64,000 nt of DNA from a virus, in IMG/VR virus record IMGVR_UViG_3300049592_000018, positions 1,149 to 65,148 of that record; one strand, 5' to 3'. Positions within the stretch are counted from its first letter, which is position 1; each line of letters opens with the position of its first letter. Under the pieces are notes generated by a model. That model was given only the letters and a program-made list of their open reading frames with translations. It had not been told where the DNA came from and ran no database searches. Shown here piece after piece: positions 52,977 through 62,944 of the stretch. Both the position numbers and the translations under genes were made by a program.

Positions 52977-53683
52977 CTGAACCTACGCAGCAGCTTCCAC
53001 TTGCGCTCGTCGCGGCCCTATCGGATCTCGGTCCGCTCAGTGAGCGCATGGGTTTACAGTGGGGACTACGCTACGCCACCGTCGTCGACCTGGACCCCCC
53101 GGTGGGTAACTATGACGGTGACCTCACCGGTACGGTACCGGTACCTCTAATTCCACTCGGTATTGATCTTGGGTTAGGACATAGGTGCGCCGTTCTCTTC
53201 GTGCCACCCGCAGGTAACTACGCCATCTCAAATTTAACGACGCGGAACCTGCCGTCGCAGAGCTCGGTCTACGCCGCCCCCGATGGCCAGACACGAAGTA
53301 GTGCGGGATTTGCGGACATTCTCGTCGGTGGGCAACCGTTAACGATGTCGTTTACGAAGTATGCAAGTGACTCACGCATTGCGGTCCATCATTCAATGTC
53401 TGGTTACCTAACAGGTGCGCTCGGTACCATCCTACTCGCCGGCATTGCGATTAACGGTATCGACTACCCGACCGCACAGCAATACTTCAACGTGGCAGGA
53501 AGTCACATGGGTTTTAGCGCCGACACACACATACCGCGACCCGATCTAGGTGAGGATCCCATCGCGGCCGGTGAGTATGAGGTAACGATGCGCTGGAGCC
53601 GCTCCGCGGGTACCGGCACCGTCAACGTCGACAACATCGGTGACATCGTCTCGTGTCTCCTCGTTGAGGCGCCACCCGCGTGA
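52973..53683 (+). CDS. Minor tail or tail-tip protein
   Basis: Last gene of the tail module; beta-rich C-terminal domain. Confidence 0.6.
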   Translation: MTEPTQQLPLALVAALSDLGPLSERMGLQWGLRYATVVDLDPPVGNYDGDLTGTVPVPLIPLGIDLGLGHRCAVLFVPPAGNYAISNLTTRNLPSQSSVYAAPDGQTRSSAGFADILVGGQPLTMSFTKYASDSRIAVHHSMSGYLTGALGTILLAGIAINGIDYPTAQQYFNVAGSHMGFSADTHIPRPDLGEDPIAAGEYEVTMRWSRSAGTGTVNVDNIGDIVSCLLVEAPPA

Positions 53684-53706
53684 CGCGCGCGTGATACAGT
53701 AAGACG

Positions 53707-54378
53707 GTGGGAATTCCCCGATACGCCGTTATTCCAACGCACAACAGACACGAGCAGCTCGCCCAGGTCATCACGCAGCTCGAGCTGCAGTGCAGTCACA
53801 TCATTGTCATCGACAACGCCTCGGAACCTCCCGTCGTAAACCACCGCGAACACGTAACCCTCATTCGAGATGATGAGCAACCACCGAATCTATCCCGGTT
53901 ATGGAACGTAGGCATCGACCTAGCCGCCAGGTTCGCCGTCTCGGAGGACGCGGGGTGCTGGGACGTCGCGATCGTTAATGATGATGCCGTCATCCGACCC
54001 GGTTGGTGGTACGCGGTCTCGACCGCGATGCGCGCACGGAGTGCCGCGGCCGGATCCAGTGATCCGTTTCAGTCACTACCGATGAACTCCGTGGTTACTT
54101 ACGGAGCCAACGCCCCGATGGGAGTCGCGACTCGACTTACTGGATGGGCATTTATTCTTCGTGGTGAGTACGGTATTCGCGCCGATGAACGACTACGCTG
54201 GTGGTACGGCGACGACTTGATATCACTACATGCGCGGCAGGCCGGCGGCATCGTGCACGTCGGTGGCTATCCGGTCGCCAACCTCTACGCCAACCTGTCC
54301 ACCAACGGGGCGCTGGCCGAGCAGGCCGCACGTGACCGCGCGATGTTCGTCGAGCTGACCGGAAGGGAACCCTGGTGA
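53707..54378 (+). CDS. Glycosyltransferase, GT2 family
   Basis: VIPTHNR, IIVIDNAS, WNVG, IVNDD, WYGDD; TACAGT -10 box 6 nt upstream (leaderless). Confidence 0.88.
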   Translation: MGIPRYAVIPTHNRHEQLAQVITQLELQCSHIIVIDNASEPPVVNHREHVTLIRDDEQPPNLSRLWNVGIDLAARFAVSEDAGCWDVAIVNDDAVIRPGWWYAVSTAMRARSAAAGSSDPFQSLPMNSVVTYGANAPMGVATRLTGWAFILRGEYGIRADERLRWWYGDDLISLHARQAGGIVHVGGYPVANLYANLSTNGALAEQAARDRAMFVELTGREPW

Positions 54379-55043
54379 TACCGCAGACACCAAAACACGA
54401 TCTTTTGCGCGCGATTCACGAGCTTGTTAGGCCAAAAACATACCTCGAGATCGGCGTGCAGACCGGTCGATCGCTGGCGCAGGCGCGTCCCGGAACTATA
54501 AGTGTCGGTGTTGATCCACATCCGGTGATCGGCAACGTCGTCATCGAGAATCCGTACGTTCTGTTTCCAATGACGTCGGATGAGTTCTTTGCCCACAAAC
54601 GTTCACAGTTCTACGCGCCGTACGACATGGTGTTTATCGACGGTATGCACCTCATTGAGAACGTTATGCGTGATTACAGCAACTCCGTAAAGCAGTCTCG
54701 ACCCGACGGTCGAACCGTCATCGTCATCGATGACGTACTTCCCCACAATCCCGCGATCGCAACACGTGAACCGTTACCCGGCGACTGGACGGGTGACGTT
54801 TGGAAGATGACGTCGCTGCTTCTTGCGCATAGTAACACAACGTCATACCTCGTAGACGTCGAGCCAACGGGACTTCTTATCGTTTGGCACGTTCACCCAG
54901 ACGACGATCCTATGACGGTTGATCACGTGCCGCAGGATGAAGATGCGCTAACTCAATATGAATTGGATGAAATGAAGAAGTACGCAGTCACCCCGGAGGT
55001 CGCGCTGGACGCGATCCGTGAGTTTCTTAGGATTGATACATGA
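54375..55043 (+). CDS. Class I SAM-dependent methyltransferase (Methyltransf_24-like)
   Basis: YLEIGVQTGRS, GVDP, MTSDEFF, DMVFIDGMH, IDD, WTGDVWK. Confidence 0.88.
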   Translation: MIPQTPKHDLLRAIHELVRPKTYLEIGVQTGRSLAQARPGTISVGVDPHPVIGNVVIENPYVLFPMTSDEFFAHKRSQFYAPYDMVFIDGMHLIENVMRDYSNSVKQSRPDGRTVIVIDDVLPHNPAIATREPLPGDWTGDVWKMTSLLLAHSNTTSYLVDVEPTGLLIVWHVHPDDDPMTVDHVPQDEDALTQYELDEMKKYAVTPEVALDAIREFLRIDT

Positions 55044-55867
55044 AGATTGCGATCACGGGTAGCCGTGGTTTCATCGGCGCCGCTACGGTTCGTGCCGCGG
55101 AGGCGGCCGGTCATCAAGTCGTTCACTTTGATCACGCCGACGGAGTAGACGTCGCCGAGGCGGAAGATGTGTATGAAGTACTCGACGGCGTCGAACACGT
55201 CATACACCTCGCGGGCGTTCTCGGCACGGCCGAACTGTTTGACGACGCCAGGTACGCCGTTGACGTGAACGTGCACGGTACGCTCAACGTGCTGCAGTGG
55301 TGTGCCTCAAGTGGCGCCGGCTACACGGGCATCAGCATGCCGCCGGTGTTTCCGTCCATCTACACCGCCACCAAGATCTGTGCCGATCGACTCGCGACCG
55401 CGTATCACCACGCACGCGGCGTTTCGACGTCACGGGTGATTGCGTACAACGCATACGGTCCCGGTCAGAAGCACGGACCGGATCACCCACAAAAGATCAT
55501 TCCGACGTTCGCGACCGAGGCCTGGGCGGGACGACCGCTTCCGGTCTGGGGTGACGGTGAGCAGACAGTCGATCTGATCTATGTTGATGACATCGCACAG
55601 ATGCTGGTCGACGCGACCCAGTTCGGTGATGACGATGTCTTCGACGCCGGTACGGGACGCGCGTTTACGGTCAACGAGGTCGCGGAGCTCGTGCGCTGGG
55701 TAACCGGTACCGACTCGGGGATCGAATATCTGCCGATGCGGCTCGGAGAACTTCCCACGAAGATCGTGGCCGAGGGGCGTGGTTGGGATAAGTTGAGCTG
55801 GCGTCCGGAGTTCTCGGAGGGTAGTCTAATCGACACCGTCCTCTCATATAAGCCGGTGACTCGATGA
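55040..55867 (+). CDS. NAD-dependent NDP-sugar epimerase/dehydratase
   Basis: ITGSRGFIG, HLAG, YTATK, NAYGP, GDGEQTVDLIYVDD. Confidence 0.92.
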   Translation: MKIAITGSRGFIGAATVRAAEAAGHQVVHFDHADGVDVAEAEDVYEVLDGVEHVIHLAGVLGTAELFDDARYAVDVNVHGTLNVLQWCASSGAGYTGISMPPVFPSIYTATKICADRLATAYHHARGVSTSRVIAYNAYGPGQKHGPDHPQKIIPTFATEAWAGRPLPVWGDGEQTVDLIYVDDIAQMLVDATQFGDDDVFDAGTGRAFTVNEVAELVRWVTGTDSGIEYLPMRLGELPTKIVAEGRGWDKLSWRPEFSEGSLIDTVLSYKPVTR

Positions 55868-56559
55868 GGGCCGCGGTCATTACGGCGATCTACGACGGCT
55901 ACGACAGTCTTAAGGAGATCGTACCGCAGGACGGCGTCGACGTGGACTGGGTTCTCTTAACTGATGATCCGACGTTGACTAGCGCCGCGGGAACCGCCGA
56001 TCCCCGGGGTTGGCGAGTGGTTTACGTACCTCGACCGCAGATACATCCGTGTCGTGCCGCTAAGAACGCAAAGATGCTTCCAAGTCTGTTCACCGATGCA
56101 CCGCACTCGGTGTGGGTAGACGCCAGCTTTCGCATCACTAGTCCAAGATTTGTCATCGACACATTAGCCATCGCGGAGTCGTCGGAGAGCGGCATCGCGC
56201 AGTTTAAGCATCCCTGGCGTAACTGCCTCTTCGAGGAGGCGGATGCATCACTTGATCTAGCTCGGTACGCTGGTGAGACCGATAGCATTAAGAGACAGGT
56301 TGCCACCTACGCCGATCTCGGCATGCCGATCAACTGGGGTCTGTGGGCCACAGGTGTAATCGCTCGGTGGCAGCATGATCAACACTACGACTGGGGCGCC
56401 GACTGGTTGAGTCAAAACAACGTGTTCAGCTACCAGGATCAGATATCTCACCCTTTTAGCTGCTGGAAGTACAACCTACGACCCACCAACCTAACGGGTA
56501 CACACTTCGTAAACCCGTGGGTAACATATGAGGGAAGTGGAAGACACAGTGTCGGTTGA
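55864..56559 (+). CDS. DUF616 (TOD1/MUCI70-like) glycosyltransferase
   Basis: TAIYDGYDSL, LTDD, K-x-LP, SVWVDAS, HPWRNCLFEEA, DQIS. Confidence 0.8.
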   Translation: MRAAVITAIYDGYDSLKEIVPQDGVDVDWVLLTDDPTLTSAAGTADPRGWRVVYVPRPQIHPCRAAKNAKMLPSLFTDAPHSVWVDASFRITSPRFVIDTLAIAESSESGIAQFKHPWRNCLFEEADASLDLARYAGETDSIKRQVATYADLGMPINWGLWATGVIARWQHDQHYDWGADWLSQNNVFSYQDQISHPFSCWKYNLRPTNLTGTHFVNPWVTYEGSGRHSVG

Positions 56560-57127
56560 CGTAACCGTTGCGATCGCGACGATACCACCGCGGGTCGGTC
56601 CAGGTGGCCTACTGGAGCAGGCCGTCAACAGCGTTCGCAGCCAGTCTATGATGCCGTCGGGCGGCTACTCCGTCTCCCTGGATGTTGACAAGGTTGGCGC
56701 CGCGGTAACGCGCCAGCGTGCCCTGGATGGCGTTCGAACCGCGTGGGTAGCGTTCCTCGATGATGACGACTACTTCTACCCAAATCACATTGAAACGCTG
56801 TGGAACCTAGCACACGACCTTAACGCCGACTACGTCTACTCGTGGTTCGACGGAAACAACCCATTTCCAATGCACCGTGGCCGACAGTTCAACCTAGCTG
56901 AACCGCATCACACGACCATGACCGTTATGGTGCGAACCGAGCTGGCGCGAGAGGCCGGGTTCCTACTTCCCGACGGTCCACTTCACCAGGACTGGATGGG
57001 AGAGGACTGGATGTTCGTCCTGCGCTGCGCCGAGCTTTGCGGTGGTAACTTCGCGGGATCGAGCGAAATCACGTGGCACTACCGTGTACATAAGGCCAAC
57101 ACCAGTGGACTTCCAACGAGGTGGTAG
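56549..57127 (+). CDS. Glycosyltransferase, GT2 family
   Basis: VTVAIATIP, WVAFLDDDD, EDW, TWHY; start reassigned to GTG 56549. Confidence 0.85.
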   Translation: MSVDVTVAIATIPPRVGPGGLLEQAVNSVRSQSMMPSGGYSVSLDVDKVGAAVTRQRALDGVRTAWVAFLDDDDYFYPNHIETLWNLAHDLNADYVYSWFDGNNPFPMHRGRQFNLAEPHHTTMTVMVRTELAREAGFLLPDGPLHQDWMGEDWMFVLRCAELCGGNFAGSSEITWHYRVHKANTSGLPTRW

Positions 57128-57131
57128 ACAG

Positions 57132-57722
57132 ATGGACCGTGTAACGGTCGTGATACCTCACATTCCTACGCGGCAGTTCGAGCTGACCCGCGCGATCGCG
57201 AGCGTTACGGCCCAAACTCATCAACCCGAGGACATCATCATTGCCGTTGATAAGAGACGTGAGGGATCTGCAGCGACTCGTAACCGTGTGCTTTACAACG
57301 TAACAACCACGTGGGTTGCGTTTCTTGATGACGACGATGAGTGGCTTCCCACGCATCTCGAGACCCTCATACGTTACGGGGTTCGAGACGGTGCCACGGT
57401 ACTCTACAGCGGATGTCGCGTCGTCGACGGCGCCGGCAACCCACTACCCGTGCAGGATGAGTGGGGCCGCTTCGGGCGACCGTTTGACCCCGAACTGCTA
57501 CGCCAGTCATCATACATTCCGGTCACGTCACTGGTTAACTCGACGCTGGCTCGTCAGGCGCTGTTCGGTCCACCAACCAGTCACCCCGAGAGCATCTACG
57601 ATGATTGGGGTTTCTACATTCGTCTCTTAGATCTTGGTGCCTCATTTCTTCACATTCCCGAGGTAACTTGGACGTGGTATCATCACGGTCAAAACACCAG
57701 TGGGCGTGGTGATCGCTGGTGA
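57132..57722 (+). CDS. Glycosyltransferase, GT2 family (paralogue of the previous gene)
   Basis: VTVVIPHIP, TRN, WVAFLDDDD, DDW, NTSG..RW; start ATG 57132. Confidence 0.85.
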   Translation: MDRVTVVIPHIPTRQFELTRAIASVTAQTHQPEDIIIAVDKRREGSAATRNRVLYNVTTTWVAFLDDDDEWLPTHLETLIRYGVRDGATVLYSGCRVVDGAGNPLPVQDEWGRFGRPFDPELLRQSSYIPVTSLVNSTLARQALFGPPTSHPESIYDDWGFYIRLLDLGASFLHIPEVTWTWYHHGQNTSGRGDRW

Positions 57723-58795
57723 AGGTCTACGTGTTTCCCGCCGATCTTCATGGCTGCGGTCACTACCGATTGATCTGGCCGGCGCGCGTGCTGCAGCGTG
57801 CGGGATACAGCATCTCGATCATTCCACCCAAGGAACGAGATAAGATGCTGCAGGGTCGAATGCGTGGTGACATGATGGTTGATGTTGTCATACCTGAGGA
57901 CGCCGATGTCATCATCTTTCAGCGCGTAACGCACCGGTTGCTGGTGTCGGCCATCGAGCTTATTCGCAAGCGTGGAGTCGCCGTCGTCATCGACATGGAT
58001 GATGATCTTTCGTGCATCCACCCCGCGCATCCGGCATTCCACGCTCTTCATCCCTCCGGACCGAATCCCGATCACTCGTGGCGAAACCCACTACTGGCCT
58101 GTGAAAACGCGACCCTCGTTACCGTGTCGACTCCAGCTCTTCTGCAGAGATATGCCCCACACGGTCGTGGACAGGTACTCTACAACATGATCCCGGAGCG
58201 TATGCTGACGCTTAAGCACGAGGACTCCGACGTCATCGGTTGGGCGGGATCCGTGTTTTCACATCCTACCGATCTCCAGACGATGGGTCCAAGCATCGCG
58301 CAGCTTCTTCAGTCCGGCCGACGATTTAAGATCGCCGGTCCGATCCAGGGTGTGCACGCCGCCATCGGCGTTACCCAGGGTGTCGACATCGAGTCCACCG
58401 GGCCCGTGGACCTAGAGGCGTGGCCACTGGCGATTAACTCGCTCGGTATCGGCGTGGCGCCCCTGGCGGACAGTAAGTTCAACGCCGCAAAGTCGTGGCT
58501 TAAGATGGCCGAATACGCGGCCGTCGGGGTTCCGTGTGTCGCATCCTCTCGTATCGAGTATGTACGACTTCATAAGAAGGGTGTCGGCCTACTGGCGAGA
58601 ACCTCCGGGGAGTGGCGAGCGAAGCTGCAACTACTTACGTCCAGTGTGGACGCACGCCTGGATCTGGCCGCGCGAGGTCGCGAGGTCGTCGAGGGTCTAA
58701 CCATCGAGCGAAACGCGTGGCGCTGGTGGGAGGCGTGGAGCGATGCGCTACGTAGACAGCGCTCCAACCCGCTAAGCCGCGCGAATGCGGCGTAG
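57719..58795 (+). CDS. Glycosyltransferase, GT-B (GT4-like)
   Basis: GCGHYR, IDMDDD, IGWAGS..H..DL, APLADSKFNAAKSWLKMAEYAAVGVP. Confidence 0.88.
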   Translation: MKVYVFPADLHGCGHYRLIWPARVLQRAGYSISIIPPKERDKMLQGRMRGDMMVDVVIPEDADVIIFQRVTHRLLVSAIELIRKRGVAVVIDMDDDLSCIHPAHPAFHALHPSGPNPDHSWRNPLLACENATLVTVSTPALLQRYAPHGRGQVLYNMIPERMLTLKHEDSDVIGWAGSVFSHPTDLQTMGPSIAQLLQSGRRFKIAGPIQGVHAAIGVTQGVDIESTGPVDLEAWPLAINSLGIGVAPLADSKFNAAKSWLKMAEYAAVGVPCVASSRIEYVRLHKKGVGLLARTSGEWRAKLQLLTSSVDARLDLAARGREVVEGLTIERNAWRWWEAWSDALRRQRSNPLSRANAA

Positions 58796-58802
58796 AACAC
58801 AG

Positions 58803-58843
58803 GAAACCCGGCCGCGGCAGGTAGCATCTGCGGCCGGGTTTTC
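58803..58843. terminator. Bidirectional terminator between convergent transcription units
   Basis: AAACCCGGCCGC/GCGGCCGGGTTT stem between the last + gene and the last - gene. Confidence 0.75.
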
Positions 58844-58887
58844 GAGTGCTGGTAGGTGTCTGATGAGGTGGGATTGAGTTATCGAAG

Positions 58888-59205
58888 CTACGCACGCCAC
58901 GCGAAACCGCATGAAACACAGATCTCGGAGACGCCGTCGCTGTAGATCTTGGTCGCTAGGCAACCCGGACAGGTAGCGCGATGACCACCACGCTTAAGAG
59001 CACGACGTTCGTCATCGGTGGTACCACCCCATACACCTTCGGCACCACCCTTAATCGATAGGGCCTCGGCGAGGCAGTGATCGGTTACGCTGCATCGACG
59101 ACAGATCGCCTTGGCGGTCTCGACGTTACCCGGATCCTCAAAGACCTCCGGATTGATGTCATGAGTGTAGCAGTAGGCATCACGTCGCCATCTAAAATCG
59201 AGCAA
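58888..59205 (-). CDS. whiB: WhiB-family transcription factor with C-terminal zinc ribbon
   Basis: WRRDAYC, AKAICRRCSVTDHCL, GVWGG..DDERR, then CPGC...CVSC; start reassigned to TTG 59205. Confidence 0.88.
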   Translation of the reverse strand: MLDFRWRRDAYCYTHDINPEVFEDPGNVETAKAICRRCSVTDHCLAEALSIKGGAEGVWGGTTDDERRALKRGGHRATCPGCLATKIYSDGVSEICVSCGFAWRA

Positions 59206-59206
59206 C

Positions 59207-60184
59207 CTACACTCCCGCAAGAATACGTCCCGCGACCTGGTTGATCTTCTTGTGTGTTTCGCCTTCAAGTGCGTTGAGGAACCGGGACTCGGGGGTACCG
59301 CCGGCGCGTCCCCAGTCGTAAAACTCGGACACCGCGTTAACGAGTCCCCAACCCGTACCGGCGTACGCGACGGTCGGCGCGGTCTGCCACAACTCCATGA
59401 TGGTGTTCAATCGATCCTGCCACTGCTCGTGTGTTCGATCCGTCTTACCGGTGGTAGGCTCGGGAATGACGTAGCGGAGTACCTGCAGTCCCTTATCCGG
59501 TTTGATCTCGATGTCCACCAGCTTCTCGACAATGGCCTCATAACGCTTCACGTAGACACCGATCTTACTGAGTGATGCCTGCGCGTCCTTAAGCTTGGCC
59601 GTCATGGTACTGGTGTGCTTGATCGACCAGCGGTAGTCCACACCCTTGGCAAAGCTGCGGAGAGTCAACTGGTTCATACATCTGTGACGAAGCGGCATGA
59701 CGGACACCTCAATGCCACGTGAGCAGTCGTGACTAGTACGCAGCACCGTGTAGATGTCGTGTGGGTCGTCACCGCCGAGGACGTTGAACTTAATATCTGG
59801 CTTAACGACCATAAATCCCTGACGACGCTTACGGAGGCTACCGGCGGCGACGTAGGGCGCGTCGAGCGCGTCCATGAAGTCGAACGCCTCCACGTACTGA
59901 AGTGGGTTGTAGGCATTGGACGACACGAATCCCATGAAGTCGCCGTTGTCGTCCGCGACCACCGCGCGGCGGTTCTTGATGGGATTGATCTGGTTGAGCA
60001 TGTCCCAGTCGCCGGTGTTGCTAGCGAGGTACGCCACCTCACACAATGACACGGTAAAGTCGAGTCCGCTAAGCTTCGCGGCCTCCGCGGCGGTCTTCGG
60101 CTCGTCGACGAGCTTACCCAACTTCATCCATGGAACTTCACGTGTACTAAACGACTGCGCGTGTGTTTCGATCTCACTCATCAC
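59207..60184 (-). CDS. DUF932-family phage/plasmid protein
   Basis: PWMKLG, AAKLSGLDFTV, TSHD.S, R..C.N.L, HT, GTGWGLVNAVSEFYDW. Confidence 0.8.
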   Translation of the reverse strand: MMSEIETHAQSFSTREVPWMKLGKLVDEPKTAAEAAKLSGLDFTVSLCEVAYLASNTGDWDMLNQINPIKNRRAVVADDNGDFMGFVSSNAYNPLQYVEAFDFMDALDAPYVAAGSLRKRRQGFMVVKPDIKFNVLGGDDPHDIYTVLRTSHDCSRGIEVSVMPLRHRCMNQLTLRSFAKGVDYRWSIKHTSTMTAKLKDAQASLSKIGVYVKRYEAIVEKLVDIEIKPDKGLQVLRYVIPEPTTGKTDRTHEQWQDRLNTIMELWQTAPTVAYAGTGWGLVNAVSEFYDWGRAGGTPESRFLNALEGETHKKINQVAGRILAGV

Positions 60185-60432
60185 TTGTTCAGCTCCCGCA
60201 TCTTCTTCATCATAACCTGCTTTTCCCGCTCGATCGCATCAAGATCTATTTCATAGTACGTCGCTAGGATCTGCTCGATCGAGTCCCGCTCGGGACGCCA
60301 GTCGTTGACCTCATCATTCCACCGCATGAGGTAGGTACGCTTCGTCGACTCGAGCCACACAAGAAAGTCACCGATCTTCTGTGACATTTCGCTAACCTTG
60401 TGCATCTTCTCGTGTTCCGGATATTCACTCAC
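60181..60432 (-). CDS. Hypothetical protein
   Basis: MSEYPEHEKM...SQKIGDFLVWL...LATYYEID; start reassigned to GTG 60432. Confidence 0.65.
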   Translation of the reverse strand: MSEYPEHEKMHKVSEMSQKIGDFLVWLESTKRTYLMRWNDEVNDWRPERDSIEQILATYYEIDLDAIEREKQVMMKKMRELNK

Positions 60433-60445
60433 TTTTCGACTCCTC

Positions 60446-60691
60446 TCACTTAACCTTTGCCTTGAGGTGATTGATCCACAGCTTACGCCGTAGGCCCTCG
60501 ATCCTAGTCGCGCTGACCGCGACGAATAACTCACGGGATCCGTCGGGGTCGTGATGATCGATCTCACGGTAGTGATTATCCAAACCATCGTAGGTCGAGA
60601 TCTGGATCGCGGCGTACACACGATCGGGTATTAGGTAGGTTGCGACCCAGATCGCAAGTCGTGACAGTAGGGGTGGGTAGTAACGTTTCAC
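60446..60691 (-). CDS. Hypothetical protein
   Basis: Coupled ORF in the leftward operon. Confidence 0.55.
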   Translation of the reverse strand: MKRYYPPLLSRLAIWVATYLIPDRVYAAIQISTYDGLDNHYREIDHHDPDGSRELFVAVSATRIEGLRRKLWINHLKAKVK

Positions 60692-60900
60692 CTATCATCA
60701 CCAACAATCGGGGAGTGAACCGGACAGTAAAACCGCTTGATGTTGTCGATCATCATTGGGATTGTACCGGGTAGGCGACACTCCTGACAACGAGGAGGAA
60801 GCGCCGTGCGCTGCGCAGCACGCCCGGTTCTTTCGGCGTGCTGCGCACGAAACGTACCCTTCTTACGATACGTGTTGACTACGTTGCGCTCCGCGGTCAC
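60688..60900 (-). CDS. Small zinc-binding protein
   Basis: CQEC...YCPVH; GTGA overlaps. Confidence 0.55.
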   Translation of the reverse strand: MTAERNVVNTYRKKGTFRAQHAERTGRAAQRTALPPRCQECRLPGTIPMMIDNIKRFYCPVHSPIVGDDR

Positions 60901-61202
60901 TTCGAACTCCGCGTGGGAACCAGCTGGACGACCGTAACGTTGAGTGCGTCGGCGAGTGCCCGCACGAAGTCACGCCGACGGTTCTGTCCGCGCAGGGTAT
61001 CGCCCGTTAGCAGGCGACCGTTGCAGTAGATCAACCAGTAGCCGCTCAACTTGACGCAGCCCCAGGTGCCGCCGAGTTGGGTACCGATCCAGTTCATCAG
61101 TTCGTCAGCCTGTGTGATGTGCGGCTTCCGAGGAAACATCGGGTCCAGCTCGAGGGTCTTCAATTGACCGTTCTGCATGATTGCTTGATGATTCATACTC
61201 AT
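60897..61202 (-). CDS. Hypothetical protein
   Basis: GAGGGAG RBS; coupled to neighbours. Confidence 0.6.
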   Translation of the reverse strand: MSMNHQAIMQNGQLKTLELDPMFPRKPHITQADELMNWIGTQLGGTWGCVKLSGYWLIYCNGRLLTGDTLRGQNRRRDFVRALADALNVTVVQLVPTRSSK

Positions 61203-61358
61203 GTCACATCTCCCTCTTCATCCACTCACGCTTTTCGCGTACACGAGCACGCTTAATGGAGCTTTTGTGCGTCGCCTTATTAAGGCTGTGATTGGTGCAG
61301 CAGTACCAATGACAGCGTGGAATGGTCTTGTAGATTCGACCGAGCATGTTACCCATAA

Positions 61359-61775
61359 TCACACCTTCTTTGCACAGACCGGGCCAATGCCGAGTGCGAT
61401 GGACTTCTGAGTCTTCAGCCGGTGACGGCAAACGTAGCAGTAGCTTGTGATCTTACCAAGCTCCGCGACCTCGGCGACCGTCATACGGTCCTCGGCGTGG
61501 ATGCTGAAGATCATACTCTTTGCGTACTCGAGGTTGAGTCGGTGCGCCCTACCGTTGACGTAGGTGACCACGAGCTTCTTCGCATAGAGCTTGTCATTCT
61601 TAGACCTGGTTACCTGGTAAACCGCACCGTCGTGCCGATACATTCCGGGTTCGGTCACCGGATGGAACTTCGGCGCGGTGGGTTTGTGATGTCCCAGGGA
61701 GCAGGCTCGGACCTGGGAAACCGTGTCGTGCCTTTCCTTACAGTGCCAGCATTTCATCTCTGTCTCTCTTTTCAC
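61359..61775 (-). CDS. DUF6011-like zinc-finger protein
   Basis: CYVCRHRLKTQKSIALGIGPVC C-terminus; N-terminal CWHC...H...C. Confidence 0.75.
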   Translation of the reverse strand: MKRETEMKCWHCKERHDTVSQVRACSLGHHKPTAPKFHPVTEPGMYRHDGAVYQVTRSKNDKLYAKKLVVTYVNGRAHRLNLEYAKSMIFSIHAEDRMTVAEVAELGKITSYCYVCRHRLKTQKSIALGIGPVCAKKV

Positions 61776-61850
61776 TTAGCTGCGGTTGAGCGTTCGAGCC
61801 GCTCGCCGTCTTACAGGTTAATCATACAACACAGTATGATGAAAGCAAAA

Positions 61851-61880
61851 CGGCTCGCCCAAGATTTTTTGGGCGAGCCG
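61851..61880 (-). terminator. Terminator after the lysis genes
   Basis: CGGCTCGCCCA/TGGGCGAGCCG stem followed by TTTT on the minus strand. Confidence 0.75.
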
Positions 61881-61898
61881 CGGTGTCGTGTCGAGGTA

Positions 61899-62183
61899 CT
61901 AGAACGGAACGTTAGACGGCTTGATGAACTTTCGGGCGAAGTAGGCCACGATACCCTGGATGATCGAACGGGCTAGGCCGAGACCAACCATGATCCAGTA
62001 GGTGCGTGTCCACTGAAGATCGGTAATGACCGTCACCAGAAACACCGTCGCCGCGACCGCAACGTCGATACCGAGTCCCTGCATGAACGCACGAAATCCG
62101 CGTACCTGTGCGTCACGTTGAACGATCTCGTCGGCGTTCCTCGGTTGCGTCGCATCATAGTCTAATCGGTGCTGGCCGGTCAC
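61899..62183 (-). CDS. Holin-like membrane protein
   Basis: RAFMQGLGIDVAVA and two TM helices; directly after the endolysin. Confidence 0.7.
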   Translation of the reverse strand: MTGQHRLDYDATQPRNADEIVQRDAQVRGFRAFMQGLGIDVAVAATVFLVTVITDLQWTRTYWIMVGLGLARSIIQGIVAYFARKFIKPSNVPF

Positions 62184-62941
62184 TCCGAACTCCGCATACG
62201 TGCGTAGTGATCGTCATTGACGGCTTTGGCCAGCGCCGCCAAAACCTCGGGATCGAGCAACACGTCCCTGATCGCAGCCGGATCCACGGGCGCCGGCGCG
62301 GGTATCGTGAGATCCGTAAGCTTCGACTGGATAGCCTTGAGCGTCTGCACCGCCCAGTTGTCGACGCCCTTTTCGGGACCACCGCGCATGGTGTCGAAGC
62401 CGAGCGATAGGGCCTCGATCCGCCAAGACATGTACTCGACATCAACGCCAATGTCCGCCATAATTCCTCCCTCAAAGAAGCGCCGGAACGGCTTGGTCTT
62501 GTCGCGGTCCTCGGCGTCACGAAAGTAGCTAACGTGCGTGTGATATAGGTGTGACGAGTCGCCGGTGGTGCGTCGCCGCAGCCGATCCCAGCGCTTGACG
62601 GTCGTTCCGTTGTCCGTGTAAATGATCGATCGAATGTCGGTGCAATCTTGGGCACCGGCCTCACACTGGCCAACGAGCCACCTGTTCAGCTCGAGTAGGC
62701 GATCAAACATACCGATGTCGATGGCGGCGGCGGCGTTCGTGCGATGCGAGCTGTCACGTGTTGACTCGGTCCAGCTGTAGTCCGACGTCTGGCCGTTACG
62801 GATCCGACGGTCATCCCACCCGTGATGATAGCCACCGTCGTGGTTCTCGTCGCCGACGATACCTAACGCGTTGTCCGAGAGCCCGGTTTGCTGCCTCAGG
62901 TAGCGTCGAAGCTCGAGTAATCGTGTCGGTGCGTAGGTCAT
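62180..62941 (-). CDS. Endolysin (Zn-peptidase, M15-like)
   Basis: GIVGDENH..GYH, AAAIDIG, IRSIIY, HLYHTHVS. Confidence 0.78.
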   Translation of the reverse strand: MTYAPTRLLELRRYLRQQTGLSDNALGIVGDENHDGGYHHGWDDRRIRNGQTSDYSWTESTRDSSHRTNAAAAIDIGMFDRLLELNRWLVGQCEAGAQDCTDIRSIIYTDNGTTVKRWDRLRRRTTGDSSHLYHTHVSYFRDAEDRDKTKPFRRFFEGGIMADIGVDVEYMSWRIEALSLGFDTMRGGPEKGVDNWAVQTLKAIQSKLTDLTIPAPAPVDPAAIRDVLLDPEVLAALAKAVNDDHYARMRSSE

Positions 62942-62944
62942 TGA

